From positions 1-57,484 of the forward strand of contig JAGLOA010000004.1 in assembly GCA_023139205.1 (NCBI GenBank): a stretch of 57,484 nt of DNA, written 5' to 3'. Origin of the DNA: Candidatus Pacearchaeota archaeon. Lineage in GTDB: Archaea; Nanobdellota; Nanobdellia; Pacearchaeales; GW2011-AR1. Shown here one piece after another: positions 27,722 through 35,962 of the stretch (positions are counted from its first letter, which is position 1; the number at the start of each line of letters is the position of its first letter). A program made the translations under genes and the position numbers. The notes beneath the pieces are model-generated. The model was not told the origin of the DNA and searched no databases. It saw only the letters and a list, made by a program, of their open reading frames with translations.

Positions 27722-29089
27722 ATGCTAGAAAAATTAGGAGAAGTTTTAAGAAAAGCCACAGACAAAATAGCAAATGCTATATTCTTAGACAAAAACCTTG
27801 TTGATTCTATAATCAGAGATTTACAAAGAGCTTTAATTGAAGCAGATGTAAATGTTATTTTAGTCAAGCAAATTAGTGATAAAATAAAAAAAGCTGCTGT
27901 AGATGAAAGAATCAAAGGGATAGATAAAAAAGAACACATAATAAAATTATTACATGATGAACTTAAAAAAATTCTTGGAGAATATAAACAGCTAAAATTA
28001 CAGCCAAAACAAAATAAAATTATGCTCTTAGGTTTATATGGAGCAGGAAAAACAACAACAATCGCAAAACTAGGAAATTATTTTGCAAAACGGGGAAAGA
28101 AAGTAGCATTAATTGGATTAGATGTCCACAGACCAGCTGCACCAGAACAACTAAAACAACTTGCAGAAAAAAATAAACTTACTTGCTTTATAGATTTAAA
28201 AGAAAAAGACCCTCTGAAAATTTGGAAAAAATATGAAAAAGAACTAAAAGATTATGATTTAATTTTAATAGATACTGCAGGAAGACACAATCTTGACAAA
28301 GAACTAGTTAAAGAAATAAAAGAATTAGGAAAGAAAATAAAACCAACAGAAACGATTTTAATAATGCCTGCAGATATTGGGCAAGCAGCAAAAACACAAG
28401 CACAAGAATTCAAAGACGCTGTAAATATCTCTGGAGTAATTATTACAAGAATGGACTCAACTGCAAAAGGAGGGGGAGCTTTAACAGCCTGTGCAGAAAC
28501 ACAAGCTCCGGTTTATTTCATAGCAACAGGTGAAAAAATAAATGATCTGGAAGAATTTGACCCTGAACGTTTCCTTTCAAGACTTTTGGGCATGGGGGAC
28601 TTACAATCTTTAATTGAAAAAATAAAATCAGTTACAGATGAAACCCAGCAACAAAAAATTCAAAAAAAATTAGAAGAAGGAAAATTAAGTTTAGATGATG
28701 TTATCGAGCAAGTAAAATCAATGAATCAATTAGGAGGACTTGATAAAATAAAATCCATGATTCCTGGTATGGGAAATGCAAAAATTCCTGAAAATGTTTT
28801 AGGAACTCAGGAAGAAAAAATAAAAAAATGGGAGCACATTGTGAAATCAATGACTCAGGAAGAAAAAGAAAATCCAGAAATATTAGAAAAACAAACTTCA
28901 AGGATGGCAAGGATTGCAAAAGGTTCAGGAGTTCACACAAGCGACGTGAGATCTCTGCTAAAACAATACAAAATGCTTAATGAAATGATAAAAGGTGGAG
29001 CAGATATGGACATGTCACAAGGAATGAGCCAAAAACAAATGATGAAATTTGCAAAGAAATTTATGAAAGGAAAAAAGATGAGATTTTAA
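27722..29089 (+). CDS. ffh: signal recognition particle protein SRP54/Ffh
   Basis: LQRALIEADVN, GLYGAGKTTT, DTAGRH, TRMDSTAKGGGALT, Met-rich M domain. Confidence 0.96.
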   Translation: MLEKLGEVLRKATDKIANAIFLDKNLVDSIIRDLQRALIEADVNVILVKQISDKIKKAAVDERIKGIDKKEHIIKLLHDELKKILGEYKQLKLQPKQNKIMLLGLYGAGKTTTIAKLGNYFAKRGKKVALIGLDVHRPAAPEQLKQLAEKNKLTCFIDLKEKDPLKIWKKYEKELKDYDLILIDTAGRHNLDKELVKEIKELGKKIKPTETILIMPADIGQAAKTQAQEFKDAVNISGVIITRMDSTAKGGGALTACAETQAPVYFIATGEKINDLEEFDPERFLSRLLGMGDLQSLIEKIKSVTDETQQQKIQKKLEEGKLSLDDVIEQVKSMNQLGGLDKIKSMIPGMGNAKIPENVLGTQEEKIKKWEHIVKSMTQEEKENPEILEKQTSRMARIAKGSGVHTSDVRSLLKQYKMLNEMIKGGADMDMSQGMSQKQMMKFAKKFMKGKKMRF

Positions 29090-29128
29090 AAAGATTATTT
29101 TTAAAATTATAAAAAGTTTAATTTTTAT

Positions 29129-29695
29129 TTATGCTTCATATGTTATTGTTATCCAACCCCGATTATAAGGATCATCATATTCTTCAGAATCAAAATTAGA
29201 ATTCTCAAAAAATCCTCCTGTGAATCTACTTATTAAAATACGATTACTAGTAGTATCTCCAATAGATCCACCTTTCGTTAGCTCAACACTATCACCCAAT
29301 AAAATCGGATAAATCCTAGTATTAGCATCATCTCTTATTATAACGTCTATACTTCTAATTTTAAAATAATTAACCCCAAGCCCATGATCAACCCCCGAAC
29401 CAAATGAAGAAACCATATTCCAATCACCAATTTCAATAACTTTTGTTTTCAAAACAATATTATCTGTTTTTATCCCATCATTGAAAACAGCAACTCCATC
29501 AACTCCCCCACTTAAATCAAGTTCTTCAGCACTATGTCCTACAACAGAAGCAGGTCCTCCAGAGTTATAAGCATAAACTCCAACACCAACTACAGCTAAA
29601 ACTCCAATTACAATCAAAGTATAAAACAATCTGTTAGAAAAATTTATCTGAAGTTTTCCTATTTTAATTTTCTTCACCATCTTTATTAAAAACAT
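29129..29695 (-). CDS. membrane-anchored hypothetical protein
   Basis: N-terminal TM (LFYTLIVIGVLAVVGVGVYA) followed by a beta-rich domain. Confidence 0.6.
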   Translation of the reverse strand: MFLIKMVKKIKIGKLQINFSNRLFYTLIVIGVLAVVGVGVYAYNSGGPASVVGHSAEELDLSGGVDGVAVFNDGIKTDNIVLKTKVIEIGDWNMVSSFGSGVDHGLGVNYFKIRSIDVIIRDDANTRIYPILLGDSVELTKGGSIGDTTSNRILISRFTGGFFENSNFDSEEYDDPYNRGWITITYEA

Positions 29696-29712
29696 TAAAG
29701 AATTGTTCTTTT

Positions 29713-30066
29713 TTAAATATTCCTCTCATCTAAAAAATCTTTAAATTCCTTCTTCAACCATTGTTCACATTTCTCTAAATATTTAGGAGAACTCTTTCCT
29801 GAATCATTCAAAATAAATAAATCTTCATTACAACCATAAGGAGATGGAGAACTTTCATAAAGCAAATAAACATCACTTTCTACATGAAATTTTATATGTT
29901 CACTCTTTTCTTTTAAAGAAGGATATGAAACAACCCCTAATTCCCCAGAATTAATTAATTTATTTAACCTTTTTTCTAAAGCCGAATTTGGATTGTCTTT
30001 TGAACCTATATGTCCCTGATAAGCTATAACTCTCTTCTTGATCATATCTCCATTAAATAAACTCAT
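29713..30066 (-). CDS. hypothetical protein
   Basis: 117-aa ORF, no recognised motif. Confidence 0.55.
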   Translation of the reverse strand: MSLFNGDMIKKRVIAYQGHIGSKDNPNSALEKRLNKLINSGELGVVSYPSLKEKSEHIKFHVESDVYLLYESSPSPYGCNEDLFILNDSGKSSPKYLEKCEQWLKKEFKDFLDERNI

Positions 30067-30119
30067 GAATATAAGAAAATAACTAAGTTTTTAAGCAAAT
30101 CCCTATTCAAGAATATATA

Positions 30120-30554
30120 TTAAATTTTTAGCCTTTTTTTAAGAGCTTCTAAGAAAAAACTTGGAATAGATATTGGTTCTTCTTTTGAAACATCAACAAA
30201 AAGATCTTGTGTTTGTGCAGTAAAAACTAATTCCTGAGAATCATTAAAAAACTGAAAATCCATTTGAAAAAAAGGATTCTTAATTTTAGTTATCTTTAAA
30301 TCAACCTTAAAATTATCTCCATACTTCAAAGATCTTCTGTAAGTAAGATCAAAAAATCTTCTCCTTGTATAAGCAATGTTTTTCTCTTTCCTAAAAAATG
30401 CATCACTCCAACCAAACTGCTTTAAAAATTCTGCCCGAACATACTCACAATATTGAAAATAATCTGCATTATTAAGATGTTCATTACGATCGTTTTTATG
30501 AGATACTTCCAAGTTAAAACTACCTTCATAAAGCAATTCCCCTAATTCTTTCAT
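30120..30554 (-). CDS. acyl-CoA thioesterase, 4HBT/YbgC hot-dog family
   Basis: DRNEHLNNADYFQYCEYVR resembles the DxxGHVNNxxYxxYxExxR motif. Confidence 0.8.
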   Translation of the reverse strand: MKELGELLYEGSFNLEVSHKNDRNEHLNNADYFQYCEYVRAEFLKQFGWSDAFFRKEKNIAYTRRRFFDLTYRRSLKYGDNFKVDLKITKIKNPFFQMDFQFFNDSQELVFTAQTQDLFVDVSKEEPISIPSFFLEALKKRLKI

Positions 30555-30642
30555 AATAAATTTGTAAAATAAAAGTTTTTAAGTTTTATTATATTCAAAA
30601 TAAAATCAATAATCTTATAAATAAAAAAGAACAAGAAAAACT

Positions 30643-30849
30643 ATGGAAATAAAAATAATTTTAGAAGAGCAAAAAGAAGGAGGATACACAACTTATGTGC
30701 CTTCTTTGCCAGGATGCACCTCCCAGGGAGAAACAATTGAAGGAGCACTAAAAAACATTAAAGAAGCAATTGAATTATATCTAGAAGCAGATGAAAATGA
30801 ACTTATTATTTACAAAGACAATGTAAAAACAGAAACAATCACAATATGA
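30643..30849 (+). CDS. hicB: HicB family antitoxin
   Basis: EGGYTTYVPSLPGCTSQGETIEGALKNIKEAIELYLE. Confidence 0.9.
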   Translation: MEIKIILEEQKEGGYTTYVPSLPGCTSQGETIEGALKNIKEAIELYLEADENELIIYKDNVKTETITI

Positions 30850-31064
30850 AAATTCCTCAGATTTCTGGAAAAGAATTAATAAAAAAACTGCGTAAATTTG
30901 GTTTTGTTGTGACAAGGCAAAAAGGTTCTCATATAAGATTAGAAAAAAACACTGAAAACAAAACCATCAAAATCACAATCCCCAACCACCAAATTCTCAA
31001 AAAAGGAACTTTAAACCAAATCATTAAATCAATAGGGTTAACTGCTGAGGAAATTTTTTCTTGA
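30846..31064 (+). CDS. hicA: HicA family toxin (mRNA interferase)
   Basis: ISGKELIKKLRKFGF...RQKGSHIRL...IPNHQILKKGTL; ATGA overlap with hicB. Confidence 0.9.
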   Translation: MKIPQISGKELIKKLRKFGFVVTRQKGSHIRLEKNTENKTIKITIPNHQILKKGTLNQIIKSIGLTAEEIFS

Positions 31065-31124
31065 ATAAAATGAGCCAAAAGCAAATGATGAAATTTATAA
31101 AAAGTAAAAAAATTAAGTTTTAAG

Positions 31125-31580
31125 ATGAACCGAAAAGAAAAGTTAGATTGGTATAAAGAAGAATTTGATAAGATTTGTAAAATTATTCACAACAAAAAAG
31201 AATTATCTTATCTTGATTTCTTAAGAATTAGAAATTTTAAATTACAAAATTCTACAATTGAAGAGGAAAAGAATATTAAAGAGATTACATCTAAAGCATT
31301 TGAATTAGCAAAAAAAGATAAAATTGAAGGATCAATAAAAGAATTGCTCAAATTAAATGGTGTAGCCATACCCATTGCATCTACAATTCTTGCTATGAAA
31401 TTTCCAGAAAAATATGCTATAATTGACAGAAGAGTTATAAAACAATTAAACAAACCCGAATGGATGAAAGATTATTTAAAAAATCCAAAAACTTACAAGG
31501 AATATATTTTAGCAATGAGAAAAACCAAACCTATCAATTTATCTTTAAGAGATTATGAAAGGAGTTTATTTGAAAAATGA
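31125..31580 (+). CDS. hypothetical protein with HhH-like motif
   Basis: LLKLNGVAIPIASTIL...YAIIDRRV resembles a helix-hairpin-helix followed by D, as in HhH-GPD glycosylases. Confidence 0.55.
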   Translation: MNRKEKLDWYKEEFDKICKIIHNKKELSYLDFLRIRNFKLQNSTIEEEKNIKEITSKAFELAKKDKIEGSIKELLKLNGVAIPIASTILAMKFPEKYAIIDRRVIKQLNKPEWMKDYLKNPKTYKEYILAMRKTKPINLSLRDYERSLFEK

Positions 31581-32272
31581 CATCACAAAAAAATTGTTTG
31601 CATGTGGCATCCATCGGAGGCAATTAAAAGATGCCACCGTTCAGTGCTTCGAGGAGAGAGCGCGAGAGAAATCAACGGGTTCTCTCGCAGGGTGCAGAAG
31701 CAAAAATAATTCTTTCAGGAAATTCAATCATAAAAGATAGAATAAAAAAATCATACAGAATCCCAGAACTTGATGAAAAAATTAGAAAATTAAGAACTCG
31801 TTCAGAAACAAAACTTCTTACAAAAGCATCTGAAATAATTAATTGTCCTAAACCTCAAGAACTAAAAGAATTTGATAAAATAAAAATGCCTTTTATCGAC
31901 GGCAAAAAACTTTCAGAACATTTAGATAACTTTCCCTTAAAACAACAAAAACAAATTTGCAATCAACTTGGAGAAGCAATTGCAAAACTTCACGACAATA
32001 ATATAATTCATGGAGATTTAACAACATCAAATATGATTCTAAAAAATGAAGAAGTTTATTTTATTGATTTCGGATTAGGATTTATAAGTCACAAATATGA
32101 AGACAAAGCAGTTGATTTGCATTTACTAAAACAAGCCTTAGAAGCAAAACATTTTCAAAATTACAAAGAACTTTTAAAAGAAGTTTTCAAAGCCTATAAA
32201 AAATCCAAAGACTCTAAAATTGTTTTTGAAAGATTAAAGGCAGTTGAAAAAAGAGGCAGATATAAACACTAA
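31577..32272 (+). CDS. bud32: KEOPS kinase Bud32, 5' end interrupted by a structured insert
   Basis: QGAEA, K.RIKKSYR..ELD..IR..RT..E, IIHGDLTTSNMI, IDFGLG, EDKAVDL; ATG 31577 overlaps upstream stop (ATGA) but in-frame TAA at 31625; alternative ATG at 31631. Confidence 0.9.
31592..31688. mobile_element. hairpin module homologous to the ftsY insert
   Basis: TGGCATC/GATGCCA stem, then CCGTTCAGTG, then GCGAGAGAA/TTCTCTCGC hairpin; same layout as 25796-25894. Confidence 0.75.
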
Positions 32273-33019
32273 CTATTTCTTCTTACCCTCAAAAGCCCTA
32301 AGAATTTCTAAAGGAAGTCCTAAAACAACAGTATTGCTTTTATCAGAACTTAAATCATTAAGAGTTTGCAATGTTCTCAAATGTAATGCTCCTGGCGCAC
32401 TTGCAAGAGTTTTCGCAGCTTTTGCCATATCAGTAGCAGCAATTACCTCTCCTCCAGCCTTAATAATCACCGCCCTTTTTTCCCTCTCAGCTTCAGCCTC
32501 TTTCCCTATTGTCCTCTTTAATTGCTCAGGGAGCTCAACATGCTTTAACTCAACTGAATTAACTTTTATCCCCCAAGGATCTGTTGCCTTATCCACAATC
32601 TCTCTAATCCTTTTTGAAACAGAATCTCTCTGACTCAATAACTCATCCAAAGAAACCTCTCCAATAACATCTCTCATAGTAGTCTGAGCTAATTGTGAAA
32701 CAGCATAATTAAAATCCTCAACCTCAAGGATTACTTTCTGAGAATCAACCACCTTATAATACAAAACAGCATTAACTTTAAGCGAAACATTATCTCTTGT
32801 AATAGAATCCTGGTCAGGAACATCTATTACTTTAACACGGATATCAACTCTTCTCCAGGTCTGTATGACTGGGACAACAATCCTCAAACCTGGCTTCATA
32901 ATCCCAACATATTTTCCAAAAGTAAATTTAACTCCTCTTTCATATTCTTTAACAACCTTTAATCCAGACAAAATAAAAACCACAACTAATCCAAGAATAC
33001 CAAATAAACTAAATACCAT
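32273..33019 (-). CDS. SPFH/band 7 (stomatin-like) protein
   Basis: EYERGVKFTFGK...PGLRIVVPVI...QDSITRDNVSL...AQTTMRDVIG...AEAEREKRA...LHLRTLQTL. Confidence 0.92.
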   Translation of the reverse strand: MVFSLFGILGLVVVFILSGLKVVKEYERGVKFTFGKYVGIMKPGLRIVVPVIQTWRRVDIRVKVIDVPDQDSITRDNVSLKVNAVLYYKVVDSQKVILEVEDFNYAVSQLAQTTMRDVIGEVSLDELLSQRDSVSKRIREIVDKATDPWGIKVNSVELKHVELPEQLKRTIGKEAEAEREKRAVIIKAGGEVIAATDMAKAAKTLASAPGALHLRTLQTLNDLSSDKSNTVVLGLPLEILRAFEGKKK

Positions 33020-33069
33020 TCACAAATATAAAATCAGGGATATATAAAACTTATGGGAAAAATTTGTTA

Positions 33070-33182
33070 AATAGCTCCTCCAGGATCCTCGAAGAGGTCT
33101 TGTCCCTCCTTGGGATTCTCGTGCTGGGAGCATTAGCGAGGCAATATCGAACCTTGGTTCGAATCAATAGCCCCACCAGGAT
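33070..33182. mobile_element. short multi-hairpin insert flanked by duplicated tRNA-Gln 3' end
   Basis: Minus strand ATCCTGGTGGGGCTATT (tRNA end) vs ATCCTGGAGGAGCTATT 96 nt downstream; four short hairpins between them. Confidence 0.65.
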
Positions 33183-33292
33183 TCGAACCTGGGTCCCAGC
33201 CTTACTTCAAGCTCCAAAGGAATTGGAGTAATGAAAGATGCAAGCATCTTACTTTCAAAGGGCTGAATACTTGACCACTGTACTATGGGGCT
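33168..33292 (-). tRNA. tRNA-Gln(TTG) with 52-nt intron at 37/38 (33203-33254)
   Basis: AGCCCCA/TGGGGCT acceptor, CAGCC-CTTTGA[intron]A-GGCTG, CCAGG-TTCGAAT-CCTGG; CTTT pairs with intron GAAG as a BHB-like central helix. Confidence 0.88.
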
Positions 33293-33325
33293 ATAATACT
33301 TAAGAAATTATATAATTTATAAGGT

Positions 33326-34117
33326 TTACTCAAACGCCCTTTCATAAAAAAGAGCCCGGTTAATATCTTGTTTTGGAGGGTTAACCCATCTAAAAAAATT
33401 CCTTAATTTAACAGGTTTGTATTTTTCTCCAATTAAAGTTGCTGCAAGTTTATTGTATTCTTCACTTGCATTAGAATTAGGATTATGGATAGTAGAGGGA
33501 GTAAATTCAGACAAAGCTTTCAAAACATTGAGATCATGGGGAATAACTGCCAGAACAGGGACTTCAACTGTTTTCTCAATATCTCTTAAAGAAACTTCAA
33601 ATTTTTTATTATTAACTTTATTTAAGATTAAACCAGTAATTGGTGTTCCTCTTTTCCTTGCATTTCTAACTGCTTTAATTGTAGTCCCCAAAGTAGGATA
33701 ATCAGGAGTAGTCACCACAAAAAGTTCATCAGAAGCCAACATTACTGCCAAAGTCTCATCATTTAAAGCAGGAGAAGAATCAATAAGAATGATATCATAT
33801 TTTTTCTTCAAAAATTTAATTCTATCTTTTAATTTCAAAGGATTTATCTCTTTTCTGTAATACATAGAAGAAGGAATCAAATCAAAATTATCTAATTCAT
33901 GAACAGCCTCGGTAACATTGTTCTCTCTATTCAAAACATGGTGAAGAGTTATCTCAGGGTCAAAAACATTTAAATGCAAACCAAGATTTGGAGCTGAAAG
34001 ATTTCCATCAACTAACAAAACTTTTTTATTAAATCTCGAAAGAGAAGCTCCTAAAGAAGAAACAACAGAAGTTTTCCCAACCCCTCCTTTAAGTGAAATA
34101 ATGCCGATAGTTTTCAC
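33326..34117 (-). CDS. MinD/ParA family ATPase
   Basis: KGGVGKT deviant Walker A, LLVDGNL, IILIDSSP, VTTPD. Confidence 0.88.
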   Translation of the reverse strand: MKTIGIISLKGGVGKTSVVSSLGASLSRFNKKVLLVDGNLSAPNLGLHLNVFDPEITLHHVLNRENNVTEAVHELDNFDLIPSSMYYRKEINPLKLKDRIKFLKKKYDIILIDSSPALNDETLAVMLASDELFVVTTPDYPTLGTTIKAVRNARKRGTPITGLILNKVNNKKFEVSLRDIEKTVEVPVLAVIPHDLNVLKALSEFTPSTIHNPNSNASEEYNKLAATLIGEKYKPVKLRNFFRWVNPPKQDINRALFYERAFE

Positions 34118-34244
34118 TTTAATTTCTCCTGAAATTTTCTCAAGCTAAGAATCTCTATCACCTTTCTCATTAAATCAATAAGCAATTTTTATTTAAATAT
34201 CTTTCATTAGTAAGATTTAAAAGACAAGATTACAACTTAATAAA

Positions 34245-34595
34245 ATGCCAAAAAAAGTTGAAGAAAAAACAGAAGAAAAAAAGAAAGCAAAACCAAAAAA
34301 ACTTTCCATAGCAGAATTTGAAAAAAAAGTAATAGAATTAGTTGGGAAAGGGCTTACAAGTGAAAAAATAGGTGAAGAATTAAAAAAACAGGGAATTCAT
34401 TCAAAAGACTATAACAAAAAAATCTCTAAAATTCTAGGAGAAAAATACATTAACCCAGATTTAAAAAATGTTGAAAACAAATTAGAAAGAATAAAGAAAC
34501 ATTACGAGAACAATAAGCAAGATAAAAGAGCAATGAGAGAAAAAGATAGAATATTTGCACAACTTAGAAAACTAAAAAAATATTTTAAGATTTGA
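34245..34595 (+). CDS. rps15: 30S ribosomal protein S15 (S13e family), short form
   Basis: VIELVGKGLTSEKIG..LK.QG...PDL.N...I.KH...NKQDKRAMR; precedes DHH gene. Confidence 0.8.
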   Translation: MPKKVEEKTEEKKKAKPKKLSIAEFEKKVIELVGKGLTSEKIGEELKKQGIHSKDYNKKISKILGEKYINPDLKNVENKLERIKKHYENNKQDKRAMREKDRIFAQLRKLKKYFKI

Positions 34596-34624
34596 ACTTT
34601 CTATCTAAAAAACTATTTTTAAAA

Positions 34625-35962
34625 ATGGAAAAAGAGGTAAATTCGCTAGAAAGAGAAATAAAATCTGTAGCCAAAAAATTTCTTGAAAAATCCAAGGACA
34701 AAAAAATTCAGGTTATAAGCCACTTTGATACAGACGGCATTACTTCTGCAGCAATAATGATTCAAACCCTCAAAAAATTAGATAAAACATTTACTGTAAA
34801 AATAGTGAAAAGCCTCGAAGAAGAATTAATAAAAAAACTACCAAAAGACAAATTAACTTTATTTTTAGATTTAGCTTCAGGAAGTTTAAACCATATTTCT
34901 GATGCAAAATTAGAAGATGTTTTTATAATAGATCATCACGAAATTATCCAGGAAATTCCCCCAGAAATAAATATTATAAATCCTGAATTAAAAGATAAAC
35001 AAAAAATAAGCGGTTCAAGTTTAACCTATTTATTTTGCAAAGAACTAAATCCAAAAAATCAAGAATCTGCAAAATTAGCAATATTGGGGATGATTGGAGA
35101 TTGTATGGAAAAAGAAATAGATAAACTAAATCATGATATCTTAAATGACGGAGAAGTAAAAAGAAAAAGAGGACTTTTAATTTATCCGTCGACAAGACCC
35201 CTAAACAGAACTTTAGAATATTGTTCTAAACCATATATCCCAGGAGTTACCGGAGACACAAAAGGAGCTTTAGAATTATTAAGAGAAATTGGACTAAACC
35301 CTAAAGAAGGCAAATACAAAAGTCTCATAGAACTGGATGAAAAAGAAATGTCAAAGTTAGTTACTGCAATAATATTAAGAAATCCAAAAGTAAAAAATAA
35401 AGAAATAATAGGAGATATTTTTTTAATAAAATTGTTCAATAAACTCGAAGATGCAAGAGAATTAAGTGCGATGATTAATGCTTGTTCCAGACTAGGAGAA
35501 AGTGGATTGGCAATCCAGCTTTGCATGGAAATTTCAAAAGCCAAGAAAAAAGCAAAATCAATTTATGTCAAATACAAACAATTAATTGTATCAGGATTAA
35601 AATTTGCTTCAGAAACAGAAAAAATACAGGGAGAAGGATTTACAATAATAAACGCTAAAGACAAAATAAAAGACACAGTAATAGGAACAATCGCAAGTAT
35701 TTTATCTTATTCTTCAATTTACAAAGAAGGGACAATTATTATCGCCATGGCATATTACAGCAATAAAATAAAAATCTCTGCAAGAAATGTTGGAAGAACC
35801 GGAAGAAATGTCAGAGAAATTTTAAACAAAGTTGTGAATGAAATAGGAGGAGAAGTTGGAGGTCATGAATTTGCAGCAGGAGGCATGATTTCTCAGGAAA
35901 AAGAACAGGAATTTATTAATCTTCTAAAAAAGAATCTTGAAATAGAATTAATTAAAGTTTAA
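34625..35962 (+). CDS. DHH family phosphoesterase (RecJ-like)
   Basis: SHFDTDGITS, LDLASG, IIDHH, GMIGD, SARN, GGHEFAAG; start placed at MEKEV. Confidence 0.9.
   Translation: MEKEVNSLEREIKSVAKKFLEKSKDKKIQVISHFDTDGITSAAIMIQTLKKLDKTFTVKIVKSLEEELIKKLPKDKLTLFLDLASGSLNHISDAKLEDVFIIDHHEIIQEIPPEINIINPELKDKQKISGSSLTYLFCKELNPKNQESAKLAILGMIGDCMEKEIDKLNHDILNDGEVKRKRGLLIYPSTRPLNRTLEYCSKPYIPGVTGDTKGALELLREIGLNPKEGKYKSLIELDEKEMSKLVTAIILRNPKVKNKEIIGDIFLIKLFNKLEDARELSAMINACSRLGESGLAIQLCMEISKAKKKAKSIYVKYKQLIVSGLKFASETEKIQGEGFTIINAKDKIKDTVIGTIASILSYSSIYKEGTIIIAMAYYSNKIKISARNVGRTGRNVREILNKVVNEIGGEVGGHEFAAGGMISQEKEQEFINLLKKNLEIELIKV

Larger units (their letters stand above)
29024..31123. mobile_element. ~2-kb island bounded by the ffh 3' end and a degenerate copy of it
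   Basis: ATGAGCCAAAA[A/G]CAAATGATGAAATTT at 29024 and 31070; second copy reads MSQKQMMKFIKSKKIKF* vs MSQKQMMKFAKKFMKGKKMRF*; contains five genes including hicBA. Confidence 0.7.

Noticed and set aside
34114-34170. 18-aa ORF MRKVIEILSLRKFQEKLK overlapping the MinD GTG start
   Set aside because: Too short to support; could arise by chance in AT-rich DNA.
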